Made by a program: the position numbers and the translations under genes
The notes under the pieces: model-generated
What the model saw: the letters and a program-made list of their open reading frames with translations, nothing else
What the model was told of the DNA's origin: nothing
The model's database searches: none
Assembly: GCA_963829555.1 (NCBI GenBank)
Contig: CAWHJB010000011.1
Span: 68,857-132,856, forward strand
From: an uncultured Chloroflexia bacterium
GTDB taxonomy: Bacteria; Chloroflexota; Anaerolineae; Anaerolineales; UBA4823
Direction of reading: 5' to 3'
Length of the DNA: 64,000 bases
Shown: piece by piece, positions 1 to 8,743 of the stretch
How positions within the stretch are numbered: position 1 is the stretch's first letter
Layout: each line of letters starts with the position of its first letter

Positions 1-357
1 TTTTCCATTTGGATCCAGCTTGAAGCTGCTGACAAGTTGGGCTGTATCCAGCACATCTTTGCCCGGTAGGGCGGGGAAGAGGGGCATCAATGAAACGCGG
101 TTGCTGCTCGACACATTCATCAGCAGCCATAAGCCTTCCAAATTGGGTCTGTCACTGTCCATTCGATCGATGCCGATCAGAAGGATATTCCGCTGTCCAT
201 TCGGTGCAGCGCCAGTCGAATCGAGCTTTATATTCGGGTGAAGTCCGGCCTGCCCGTCGGCGCTGCCTGAACCCGTAACTGCGGAAGCGGCCAAAATACC
301 GCCGACCATAAATCCGATAAAGATACCGAACATCAATAGTAACTTGATCACTCGCAT
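1..357 (-). CDS. membrane-anchored protein, C-terminal part outside window (possibly LytR/CpsA/Psr-like)
   Basis: Minus-strand frame opens at ATG 355-357 and runs off the window start, so it has no stop and is absent from the ORF track. It has an N-terminal TM helix (MRVIKLLLMFGIFIGFMVGGILAAS) followed by ...NILLIGIDRMDSDRPNLEGLWLLMNV..., which only loosely resembles LCP proteins. Confidence 0.45.
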   Translation of the reverse strand, partial: MRVIKLLLMFGIFIGFMVGGILAASAVTGSGSADGQAGLHPNIKLDSTGAAPNGQRNILLIGIDRMDSDRPNLEGLWLLMNVSSSNRVSLMPLFPALPGKDVLDTAQLVSSFKLDPNGK

Positions 358-361
358 CAGA

Positions 362-592
362 TTACCAGCTTCCAGCTTTGAATAAGCCAATCACAAAGCC
401 AACGAATAAACCCATTCCTGCCAGTAAAGCCACCTGCTGCCATGCTTTCAAATGCCGGACTTTTTCGGTCAGGATGTAAACCCGGGTGATGAGGTCTCCG
501 ATAACATTTGAATCTTTCATCATCGGTATCACTGCAATCCAGAAAGCGATCTCGAGACGTTGAGGAATTTGTGTAAATGTCATCTGTTTCAC
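362..592 (-). CDS. small hypothetical membrane protein (76 aa)
   Basis: ORF-track entry. Its start overlaps the stop of the upstream gene by 4 nt (ATGA coupling). It has two hydrophobic segments. No family recognised. Confidence 0.55.
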   Translation of the reverse strand: MKQMTFTQIPQRLEIAFWIAVIPMMKDSNVIGDLITRVYILTEKVRHLKAWQQVALLAGMGLFVGFVIGLFKAGSW

Positions 593-831
593 CTCGAAGT
601 TGTTACTTTAATGATTTTGCCATTTTCATCCGTCACCACGCGCAAATTCCGGGTCATCATCTTGCCGTCACCCAGGGTAACTTTCTTGGAGAAAATTACC
701 AGGTAGGTTTTGGACGGGTTGCGGGCGCCTTCGGGCGGCGTCTGAACCCTTGCTTTGGGTCGGACACCATCAAATTCCGGGTACCGGCGGTGGATCTGTT
801 TGGCGATCTGGTTGAGGATTTCAGCTTTCAT
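589..831 (-). CDS. hypothetical protein (80 aa)
   Basis: From ORF 589..906. I moved the start to ATG 829-831 (MKAEILNQ...) so that it does not overlap the ftsZ 3' end. No family recognised. Confidence 0.5.
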   Translation of the reverse strand: MKAEILNQIAKQIHRRYPEFDGVRPKARVQTPPEGARNPSKTYLVIFSKKVTLGDGKMMTRNLRVVTDENGKIIKVTTSR

Positions 832-895
832 AGTGAATGTATATTCGTTACCGGGAGGATCATGCCGACGTTGATAAGAAACGAACCATCGAGTG

Positions 896-2110
896 TTAGC
901 CTGCAAACCGGGCCTGGCGGCGCATGAAAGCGGGGATGTCCAGGTTCTGTTTCATAGCAGCCAGGTCAGACCCATTTGATGTCAATCCCGTGATGCTTCG
1001 GATCTTAGGTTGAGCAGGTTCTTTCTGGACGGCAGGTGCTTCGGTGATGAGTGGCTCATGGGGAGGTGCGGGCGGCAGGTCCTCTTTCTGGACGGGTTTA
1101 TTGACATTGGACATCGCTTCTTCCAGGGTTGGAGCGCCTAACCCGGTCATTACCAGGATAACCTGAACCCGGTCATCCATGCGGTCGTCGTTGATCACGC
1201 CCATTACGATTTCGGCCTGGTTGCCGGTTTGGGTCTGAATGTAGTTGAGGGATTCATAGACTTCGTTCAGGGTCAGATCCTGCCCACCGGTGAAGTTGAC
1301 GATCACGCCGGCAGCATTTTCAACCGGCACGTTATCCAGCAGCGGGTGATGGAGAGCCTGTTCGACGGCTTCGCGGGCTTTATTTTTACCCTGGCCATGC
1401 CCGATCGACATCAACGCGCCGCCGCCAAGCTGGATCAGCCTGCGAATGTGGGCAAAATCGACATTGATCATTCCAGGTTGGGTAATCAGTTCCGAGATCC
1501 CTTCCACCGATTGCCGCAGCACGTCATCGGCCAGGCAGAAGGCTGTTTCTAAAGTCAGCGTCTTTGGAGCCACATATAAAAGCTGATCGTTGGGAATAGA
1601 GATCAGGGTGTTGGTTTCTTTGCGGAGCCGCTCGAGACCTTCACGGGCGTTTTTCTGGCGGCGGCCCATTTCAAATGAGAATGGCGTCGTGACGATGGCG
1701 ATCGTGACAGCCCCGAGGGAACGGGCGATCTTTGCTGCAACTGGGATCGATCCGGTACCGGTGCCCCCGCCCATACCGGCCGTCAGAAAAACCATGTCAG
1801 CGCCTTTAAGCGCGGCTGCAATCTCGCGCCAGCTCTCTTCTGCCGCCGCTTTGCCCACAGCCGGATCACCACCTGCCCCTAATCCGCGGGTAACTTTTGG
1901 ACCGAGCTGGATTTTGACGTCCGCCGGGTTGGATTTGAGAGCCTGATGATCCGTATTGGCAGCAATAAATTCCATTCCGCGTAAGCCCAGCTCCATCATA
2001 CGGGCGACAGCATTGCTACCCCCACCACCCAGACCGAGAACTTTCAGCACCGGCTGGTGCATCTGATTAGATGGGGATTCAGGTCGTGCGGCGTTAGGAA
2101 ATTGGGACAT
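896..2110 (-). CDS. ftsZ: cell division protein FtsZ
   Basis: From ORF 896..2200. Start set at ATG 2108-2110 (MSQFPN...) behind the SD AGGAGAGG. Motifs: VLGLGGGGSNAV, the tubulin signature GMGGGTGTG, and the C-terminal DIPAFMRRQ peptide. Confidence 0.97.
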   Translation of the reverse strand: MSQFPNAARPESPSNQMHQPVLKVLGLGGGGSNAVARMMELGLRGMEFIAANTDHQALKSNPADVKIQLGPKVTRGLGAGGDPAVGKAAAEESWREIAAALKGADMVFLTAGMGGGTGTGSIPVAAKIARSLGAVTIAIVTTPFSFEMGRRQKNAREGLERLRKETNTLISIPNDQLLYVAPKTLTLETAFCLADDVLRQSVEGISELITQPGMINVDFAHIRRLIQLGGGALMSIGHGQGKNKAREAVEQALHHPLLDNVPVENAAGVIVNFTGGQDLTLNEVYESLNYIQTQTGNQAEIVMGVINDDRMDDRVQVILVMTGLGAPTLEEAMSNVNKPVQKEDLPPAPPHEPLITEAPAVQKEPAQPKIRSITGLTSNGSDLAAMKQNLDIPAFMRRQARFAG

Positions 2111-2138
2111 GTTTCTACCTCTCCTGGCAAAGATACGC

Positions 2139-3548
2139 TTATAAGTTATCCAATTGTGATGCAATACTCGTGCCATCTCCGCTGATCCGCTCGACTGCAC
2201 AGCCAGCGGCGCCTAATTTTAAGATAGTCTCATCATTGAAGATCAGCGGGTCTCCAATTACGGTCACTTTTTCAGCCAGTTTGGCTTCTTCCAGCGAATA
2301 GCCGATTGTGGGATGATACTTTCTTACAAAGTTGCGGATGATATCGAGATGCCATTCTGCAATACCCCATTCATACAACGGCAGCAGTAAATAATGACTG
2401 ATCGGATGTGGCTGGAGGGCTGCTGCGTCTTCAGCTGGTGAAGGTGTGATTGCCCCTTTGGATGCCCAGACCCGGGAGGGCGCCAGGCGTTTGGGCTGCT
2501 GAGCGACCCATTGACGAAAAGACGCAACCACCGGCAGGGTCGCGCCGTCCGCCTGATACCAGGCCTGAGATGCATGAGGGCTGTCTGCTTCTGATCCCAG
2601 TAACCAGAAATTGCATGCCAGAACTTCTGCGGGCACGGGTTCCAACTTCTCAACCTCAAATGGAGAGGCTTTTCCGGCTTGATTGGCCGGATTGGATTGG
2701 GCGCCATTGGCGCGCATTGCCTGGGCAATCTGTAAGTTTCGGGACATATGCGCAGCCCGGTCAACCGGCGGTAAGTCCTGCTCCGATTGGGCCCCCAGGG
2801 CGCTGCCGGCTTCCATCAGGATAATCGGCAAAGTTTGACCCAATTCAGCCTGTGCCAGCGTCAGATACCAGTCGAATATCCTCAAGCCGCGCTGATCCTG
2901 AGATCCGGTCGGGGTTGTGTAAGGACGTGCCCCCGGCCAGCGTTCCGGGCCGCCTGCGCCCCAGTTTAGCGGCCGGTTGCCGGCCCTGGCGTAAGCGCTT
3001 AATACCAGGCGATCGAGCAGTTCCGCCGAGCTCCGGCGCTTCATATTGTTGAGAGTAGCCCGCAAAAAGGCTGTGTCCCAATAATCTCCACCTGGCTCAA
3101 GGGGTGGGAGCACCGGGTACAGGCCGCTGGCGACCAGGCGGTCAGCCAGTGGAAGATAAATATCCAGAAACCGTTCGACCAGATCGCTTTGAGCCCAACT
3201 GGAAGCCGGCCAGGCACTGCGGGTATTGGGACGATCAAACAGGATTGCATAATGCACGCCCCAGCGGTTATAATTCTCGAACAGCAACTGTAAATTTTCC
3301 TGATCTAATTCTTTGTCCAACGGCAAACGGAAGTGTACAATCGGCTCGATCTGGGCGCCAAGTAATCCCTGAATAAACGGTTCAGGGATGGCTCGCTCAC
3401 TTGGAGCCTGGAGAACTATCCAGCTGGCGCCCATGGCCTGCAATTCTGGCAGCCAGGTATGTAGATCGCTCTCCCGGTAATGGTACGTATCAGGGAAATA
3501 ATGAAAGCCGATCCGGGTATTTTTGAGCGGGGAGGGTGTCAGTCGCAT
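2139..3548 (-). CDS. conserved hypothetical protein, possibly a TIM-barrel glycosidase-like fold
   Basis: Long ORF 2139..3557. In-frame ATG 3546-3548 (MRLTPS...) is preferred over TTG 3557. Coding-like composition throughout. The fold suggestion is weak and rests on the pattern of hydrophobic strands (WIVLQAP, ILMEAGS). Confidence 0.6.
   Translation of the reverse strand: MRLTPSPLKNTRIGFHYFPDTYHYRESDLHTWLPELQAMGASWIVLQAPSERAIPEPFIQGLLGAQIEPIVHFRLPLDKELDQENLQLLFENYNRWGVHYAILFDRPNTRSAWPASSWAQSDLVERFLDIYLPLADRLVASGLYPVLPPLEPGGDYWDTAFLRATLNNMKRRSSAELLDRLVLSAYARAGNRPLNWGAGGPERWPGARPYTTPTGSQDQRGLRIFDWYLTLAQAELGQTLPIILMEAGSALGAQSEQDLPPVDRAAHMSRNLQIAQAMRANGAQSNPANQAGKASPFEVEKLEPVPAEVLACNFWLLGSEADSPHASQAWYQADGATLPVVASFRQWVAQQPKRLAPSRVWASKGAITPSPAEDAAALQPHPISHYLLLPLYEWGIAEWHLDIIRNFVRKYHPTIGYSLEEAKLAEKVTVIGDPLIFNDETILKLGAAGCAVERISGDGTSIASQLDNL
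2160..2175 (-). promoter_or_regulatory. sigma-54 -24/-12 promoter candidate upstream of ftsZ
   Basis: The minus strand reads GA-TGGCAC-GAGTA-TTGCA-TC, an exact TGGCAC-N5-TTGCA. The -12 element lies 50 nt upstream of the ftsZ ATG, inside the last codons of the upstream gene. Confidence 0.7.
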
Positions 3549-3648
3549 GTTTTTCAATCCTGGTTATCTGGGATAAATAATAAGGGTTACCTTGAGGTAA
3601 GTTAATCGCACAAGAATTGCCCGAATTATGTTAAATTGCCATAAAAGA

Positions 3649-3664
3649 TGCAAGAGATGTGCCA
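3649..3664 (-). promoter_or_regulatory. sigma-54 -24/-12 promoter candidate upstream of gene 2139..3548
   Basis: The minus strand reads CG-TGGCAC-ATCTC-TTGCA-TC (exact consensus). It is intergenic, about 100 nt upstream of ATG 3548. Confidence 0.7.
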
Positions 3665-3808
3665 CGGGCCAATTAGATTAAGGTATAATGAGTTTTGAAA
3701 TCAAGCAGGCGAGTGGTGCACCTGCTAACCGGGTTGCTATCCTCTTTGGTGCAATTATCTTGCCAGGTGGGTGATCGATGAAATCAGGGAAGAGAAAATC
3801 ATACAATC

Positions 3809-5258
3809 ATGCGTAGCGCCGCCAAGTCTCTTTCTTTACTCTTCTTGATCAGCGTCTTTATTGCTGCCTGCAGTCCGCTCGATGATTCCCACATTCCCCT
3901 ACGCACCCTTCCGGTAACGAAATATCAGGTAGATCCTTCTTTCCGTGAAATTTATGATTTTTATGGCGGGCGGGGCATTTTTGGTGAACCGATTACCCAG
4001 ATTCTGGAAAAAGGGAACCAAAAATTTCAATTTACCGTTTCTGGGCTGTGGGTATTCGACCAGAATGCCCCCGCCAACCAGAAAGTTCGCCTGGCTCCGC
4101 TTGGCGCATTGATGATCGATCCCGAACAACCTGTATCCCCACCGGAAGATCCCAACCAGTATTACGTCGACGGTCACATCATTTATGATGAGTTTGTCCA
4201 ACTTTATCGCCGGGTTGGTGGCGCGGCATTTGTTGGCAAGCCCCTGACAGAAGTGCGCTACAACTCGGAACGCGATCGATACGAACAATTCTTTGAGAAC
4301 CTGGGCTTTTTTATCGATCGCCAGGATGGCTCAGAAGCCCATTTGTTAGCCTATGGATTGTGGCTGTGTGATGATAAATGCCGGGCGTCTACCCCGGTTA
4401 ACGGCATCATCGATCATGTCCATCAGGTAAAACCCCCATTTTCACAGGTTGTCGAGAAGTGGGGGGCAAGTTTTACCGGCGACCCGCTCACCGATGCTTA
4501 CCCGAATGCCGATGGCAAACTGATCCAGGTGTTTGGGAATATGGTCTTGGTGGCAGATCCGATCGATCCCACCAATCCGGACCTGGTTTCGACCTTACCG
4601 GTCCTGCAGATCATCGGTCACGTACCCGATCCTCTCCAGCCGGCTACGGATAACCCCTTGTTGTATTTTTACCCAATTGAAGGTGACCGCGGCTATAACA
4701 TCCCCCTGGTGTATGTCGGTTACCTGGATTCTCGCGGCGGTTTCAAGACCTCCGGGCCGCCGCTCGATGAATTGACTCGCATCGATGACGATCTGTGGCG
4801 GCAGTGTTTTACAAATCTATGCCTTGATTTTGAACCCAACGCACCCGAACTCGCTGCAGATACGGCCTGCTCCTGTTGGCGTCGATTACTTAAATTTAAG
4901 CGCCCAGCCTTCACCGACGGCGGCGCCAGAAACCGGTCCTCAAAACCAGGTGACCGTCCAGATCTGGCAGAGTTTCCCGCAGGTCTCTTCAGGCCAGCAG
5001 CAGGAGATCTGGGTCTATGTGATGGAAAATGAAGAACCGCTTCCGGGAATCACGCCCGACCTGATCCTGACTTTCCCGGATGGCAGCCAGCAGCAGTTCG
5101 CTTTTCCACCGACCGGCCCCGATGGCCAGACCCACCTGCTGCTTCCGCCGATCACGGCTTCGAATGGGACCTTAATTCCCTACCAGGTATGTCTGCCCAC
5201 CTCGGCGAATGAGCGCTTCTGTAACCTGAAAGATTACCTGATTCTCAATTCACCTTGA
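3809..5258 (+). pseudogene. secreted lipoprotein of unknown function, reading frame interrupted once
   Basis: ORFs 3809..5032 and 4785..5258 overlap in different frames, and both look coding on their respective sides of about 4850-4880. The N-terminus has a signal peptide plus lipobox (LISVFIAAC). A single 1-nt indel would join them. Confidence 0.6.
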
Positions 5259-5296
5259 TACCCGGTAAACTGGGTTTGAGTTGAAAAAAGTTAGGC

Positions 5297-5346
5297 CAAA
5301 ATAAGGCGTCAGCCTGGGCATTTGCCCAGGCTGACGCCTTATTTTG
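5297..5346. repeat. palindromic element, family A copy 1
   Basis: CAAAATAAGGCGTCAGCCTGGGCA-T-TGCCCAGGCTGACGCCTTATTTTG. It lies between convergent genes. Confidence 0.95.
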
Positions 5347-5374
5347 ACAGAACATCTAATTTCATGAGAAGGGG

Positions 5375-6538
5375 TTAGATCATCTCGGCCGGCAGGTTTG
5401 GAAGGTCAAGGTACAACTCGTCGCAAAACAGCATTGCCCGTTCGATCACATTGCGGAGCTCGCGAATATTGCCAGGCCAGTTGTGCCTGATCAAGGCTTC
5501 CATCGCCCGGGGGGTGACATCCTGAATGTTGAGGCCCATCGCGGGGTTCAGCTTGCGAATGAACAGGCCCACCAGGTCGGGGATATCCTCTTTACGCACT
5601 CGCAGGGGGGGCAGATCCAGATCGACCACCTTCAGACGGTAATAAAGGTCTTCCCGGAATTTACCTTCCTTCATCAAGGCTTGCAAGTCCCGGTTCGAGG
5701 CCGCCAGTATCTGAACGTCCACTTTGATCAGGTTGGTTCCGCCAACCCGCCGGAAAGCGCGCTCTTCCAGGGCCCGCAGCAATTTCGCCTGCATATCGAC
5801 CGGCATGGAAGAAATCTCGTCCAGGAACAGGATCCCGCCATCGGCCACTTCCATCAAGCCGGGCTTGCGTTTTTCCGCTCCCGTAAAAGCTCCCGCTTCG
5901 TAACCGAATAATTCGGATTCCATCACGGTGCTTTGCATGGCGGCGCAATTGATGGCAATGTAGGGTTTATTGTTGCGCGGCCCAAAACGGTGGATCGCGC
6001 TCGCCAATACTTCTTTCCCGGTGCCGGTTTCTCCGGTGATCAGAACGGAGACCGAGGCGCTGGCGGCCCTTTGGGCCTGTTCGATGACTGACTTCATGCG
6101 TGGGCTTTTTCCAATAATGAAATCAAGTTCTCCCTGCCGGGTGCTACGCAAATGGGCCAGCTCTCGTCTCAGCGCGACAGTTTCAGCTGCCCGTTGGATT
6201 GATTTTTCTAATTGCGCCAGCCGGATGGGTTTTTGCAGGAAATCCTGGGCGCCGTTTTTCATGGCGTCGACGGCCATATCGATATCGCCATAAGCGGTGA
6301 TCAGGATGATCGGTGGGCGGGCGGGCAGATGTGCAGTTTCCTCTAACAGGACCGGTCCATAGCCATCCGGTAGTTGCACATCCAACAGGATAATATCCGC
6401 TTCCCCGCGCTGCAGGCAGGTGCGAGCATCCTCCAGGGTGGCGACGCCATTAATCTCATAGCCGCGGGAGGTGAGAAATGTGCCGATATTCTGGCGGGCA
6501 TTATCTTCGTCATCAACAATTAATACTGTAGCGCTCAT
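5375..6538 (-). CDS. sigma-54-dependent response regulator (REC + AAA+), no C-terminal HTH
   Basis: Receiver domain (VLIVDDED...ILLDVQLPDG). AAA+ domain with Walker A GETGTGKE, the GAFTGA loop (EAGAFTGAEKR) and WPGNIRELRNVIERA. The protein ends 18 aa after that motif (387 aa), so there is no room for a Fis-type HTH. Confidence 0.92.
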   Translation of the reverse strand: MSATVLIVDDEDNARQNIGTFLTSRGYEINGVATLEDARTCLQRGEADIILLDVQLPDGYGPVLLEETAHLPARPPIILITAYGDIDMAVDAMKNGAQDFLQKPIRLAQLEKSIQRAAETVALRRELAHLRSTRQGELDFIIGKSPRMKSVIEQAQRAASASVSVLITGETGTGKEVLASAIHRFGPRNNKPYIAINCAAMQSTVMESELFGYEAGAFTGAEKRKPGLMEVADGGILFLDEISSMPVDMQAKLLRALEERAFRRVGGTNLIKVDVQILAASNRDLQALMKEGKFREDLYYRLKVVDLDLPPLRVRKEDIPDLVGLFIRKLNPAMGLNIQDVTPRAMEALIRHNWPGNIRELRNVIERAMLFCDELYLDLPNLPAEMI

Positions 6539-6615
6539 GCTTTCCTCTCACTTGCCTCGCAAAATAATATTCGATCGACTGGTGATTCTTCAGAATTGGT
6601 CTCTGTGGTAGGGTA

Positions 6616-6668
6616 CCAGATTTGGGGGCGTGAGCGTGCTGATGCACGCTCGCGCCCCCAAATCTTGG
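6616..6668. repeat. palindromic element, family B copy 1 (core)
   Basis: CCAGATTTGGGGGCGTGAGCGTGC-TGAT-GCACGCTCGCGCCCCCAAATCTTGG. It sits between the kinase stop and the response-regulator start. Confidence 0.95.
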
Positions 6669-6718
6669 GTAGCGCCACAGGAATTCTCAAAGTCACTCAG
6701 GATTTCCCAGGGATCCGA

Positions 6719-8741
6719 TTAACCTGCCGCTTCCTGGGCGGGAATTTCAACTGTAAACACGGTCCCACCCGGGAAGCTTTCAACCTGGATCCGGCCTTTA
6801 TGGGCTGTGATAATTCGTTTTGCGATCGGCAATCCCAGCCCCGTGCCGTCATGTTTGGTCGTATAAAATGGCTGGAATATTTTGTCCAGATTTTCTTTGG
6901 CGATACCTGGTCCCGTGTCAGCGATGCTGATTTTAACATAGGTTAAACCATGCGGGTAAGCGGCCTTATTCAATTTGACGACTAACTGGCCTCCGCTGCC
7001 GCGCATTGCCTGAACCGCATTGGTGATCAGGTTATTAAACACCTGCTCCAGCACCTTGGGGCTGCCCTCAACTTTGGGCAGGTTATCATCTGCCTGGATC
7101 CGGTATTGGACATTTTCTTTCACGATTCTGGGTTTCAAACGGTCGAGAAGCGATTCGAGCAGCCGTTTAAGATCGATGCTTTCCATATCGTATTCAGCGG
7201 TCCGGGCGAACGAGAGGACTTGCCGCATCTGGTCGGTGAGCCGGTCGCAATCGGTCTGGAGGCGCATGACCACTTCATGATTAGGATCAGGCTCTGGGAT
7301 GGTCATCTCTAAAAGCTGCAGGCCGGTGCTGATATTGTTGATTGGATTACGGACTTCGTGAGCAAAGACAGCCGTGAATTCCCCCAGAAAGGCCTGTTGC
7401 TCCAGCTGGCGGGTCCTGTCCTGATACTGTTCTTGCTCGGTCAGGTCTTCGAATTGAATAATGATGGCGGTCACCTGATCGCCGATCATGACGGGCATCG
7501 TGCGGAGTTGGGCCAGGAATGCCTCACCATTGCGGCGATAGAGCTGGAGCTTACCGACGTCGTAGGTCGGGCGGCCCTGTTGGGCAACTTGCAGGGCAGT
7601 TGAAAGCTCGCCTTTGCCGATGATCACATTTTCAATTGGGATCCCAACAACTTCACGGCTGGTATACCCAAGAGTCATTTCAGCGGACGGGTTGATTTTT
7701 GTGATGATGAGTTCCGGTGTTGTGATTAACAATCCGTCTTTGACCGAATTTACAGCCGTAGAATAAACCGCCAGTTCATTGGTATTCGCCTTTAACCTGG
7801 CTTCCAGGTTGTTCAGCAGGTCGTGTTGGCGGGTCAGGGTTGTGATCGCCGCGGCGATCAACTGTGCCAATCGCAGGATAAAGGGATTGGGCTGCTTTTC
7901 GGCTTCACCGATGACGATAAACCCGTCGATCTCGGGTAATCCGGTAGGCGCGGTGGCAATGAAGCTGTATTCCTTGGAGCGGGCGGTGCGATGCAGAACG
8001 GAGGTCATGCGTTTCCCTGCCGTCCAGAGCTGAGTCGAACGCATATTCACCAATTCTTGGGGGGGAAGCGATTCGGGTAAAACCGTGCCATCGCCGACGA
8101 AAACCTTGCGTTTCAAGTAACTCTCGGCCAGTGGTCGAACCAAATTGCCCCGATGTTTCTTCGTCGCTCATCGCTTCCAGGCGATAGTATCCGATAGCGC
8201 TGGCTTTGGTGAGATCGTGTGCCGCCTGGATCGCCCTGGATAAGGCTGTTTTATCCTCAGTCTCATTGATTGCGGCAGCCATCTGGTACAGATTTTGCCA
8301 GATTTGATCTTGAAACTGCAAATCAGCCAGCGGAAGCGTTTGTATTCTGGTTGGTTCGAATTGAACCAGTTCGAATCGATCGGACTGCCCGAGCGTATTG
8401 CGGTTAATTTGAACGGCAAGTTTGCTCCCGTTACGTTTGATCAACATGCCCTTGCTTGCATCTTGAACGCCGGGAACATCATCGGGGGAGGTGGATGGTT
8501 CTTCTGTTCCCGGGTGGGAGCGTCCAGTGAACAGTTCGTTAAATTTGAGCTGACATAATTCAGCCCGGGTATAGCTGGTCAGTGCAGCGACCCTGGTATT
8601 TGCAAAAAGAACCTGACCATTGTTCTTATCGATCAGGATCGATGCGGCCGGGAGAAGTTCGACAAGTGCCTCGATCTCCGCATGGGTTGGCCTGGTTTTA
8701 CGTCCGGGATTAAAGAAAGAGAGGGGCGATGGAGGTTTCAT
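6719..8741 (-). pseudogene. PAS/GAF sensor histidine kinase, frame interrupted once
   Basis: ORF 7905..8741 covers the N-terminal PAS region. ORF 6719..8143 covers PAS, HisKA (FAHEVRNP) and HATPase (DTGPGI...GTGLGL). The two frames meet near 8144-8167, next to the C4 run at 8148-8151. Confidence 0.85.
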
Positions 8742-8743
8742 TA

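Noticed and set aside
1229-1946. Antisense ORFs inside ftsZ (1229..1552, 1590..1946). Many similar 60-190-aa ORFs lie opposite or out of frame within long genes, e.g. 2324..3376, 5483..6293, 14768..15779, 23708..24448, 24763..26526, 37208..37904 and 60845..61483.
   Set aside because: These are shadow ORFs typical of GC-rich coding DNA. Their translations are Arg/Pro/Gly-rich and low in complexity, they have no start-site signals, and each overlaps a gene with clear family motifs.
6596-6946. ORFs whose translations contain ...PQIWGCERA.ARSHPQIW... (6596..6946, 20680..20979, 28177..28483, 28206..28421, 54169..54445).
   Set aside because: They are read-throughs of the family B palindrome. Because the DNA is palindromic, the same peptide appears on both strands. 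There is no coding signal outside the repeat.
8340-8385. GGTTCGAATTGAACCAGTTCGAATCG, which resembles a tRNA T-arm.
   Set aside because: It lies inside the kinase coding region, and no acceptor, D or anticodon arms can be drawn around it. I found no tRNA genes in the window.
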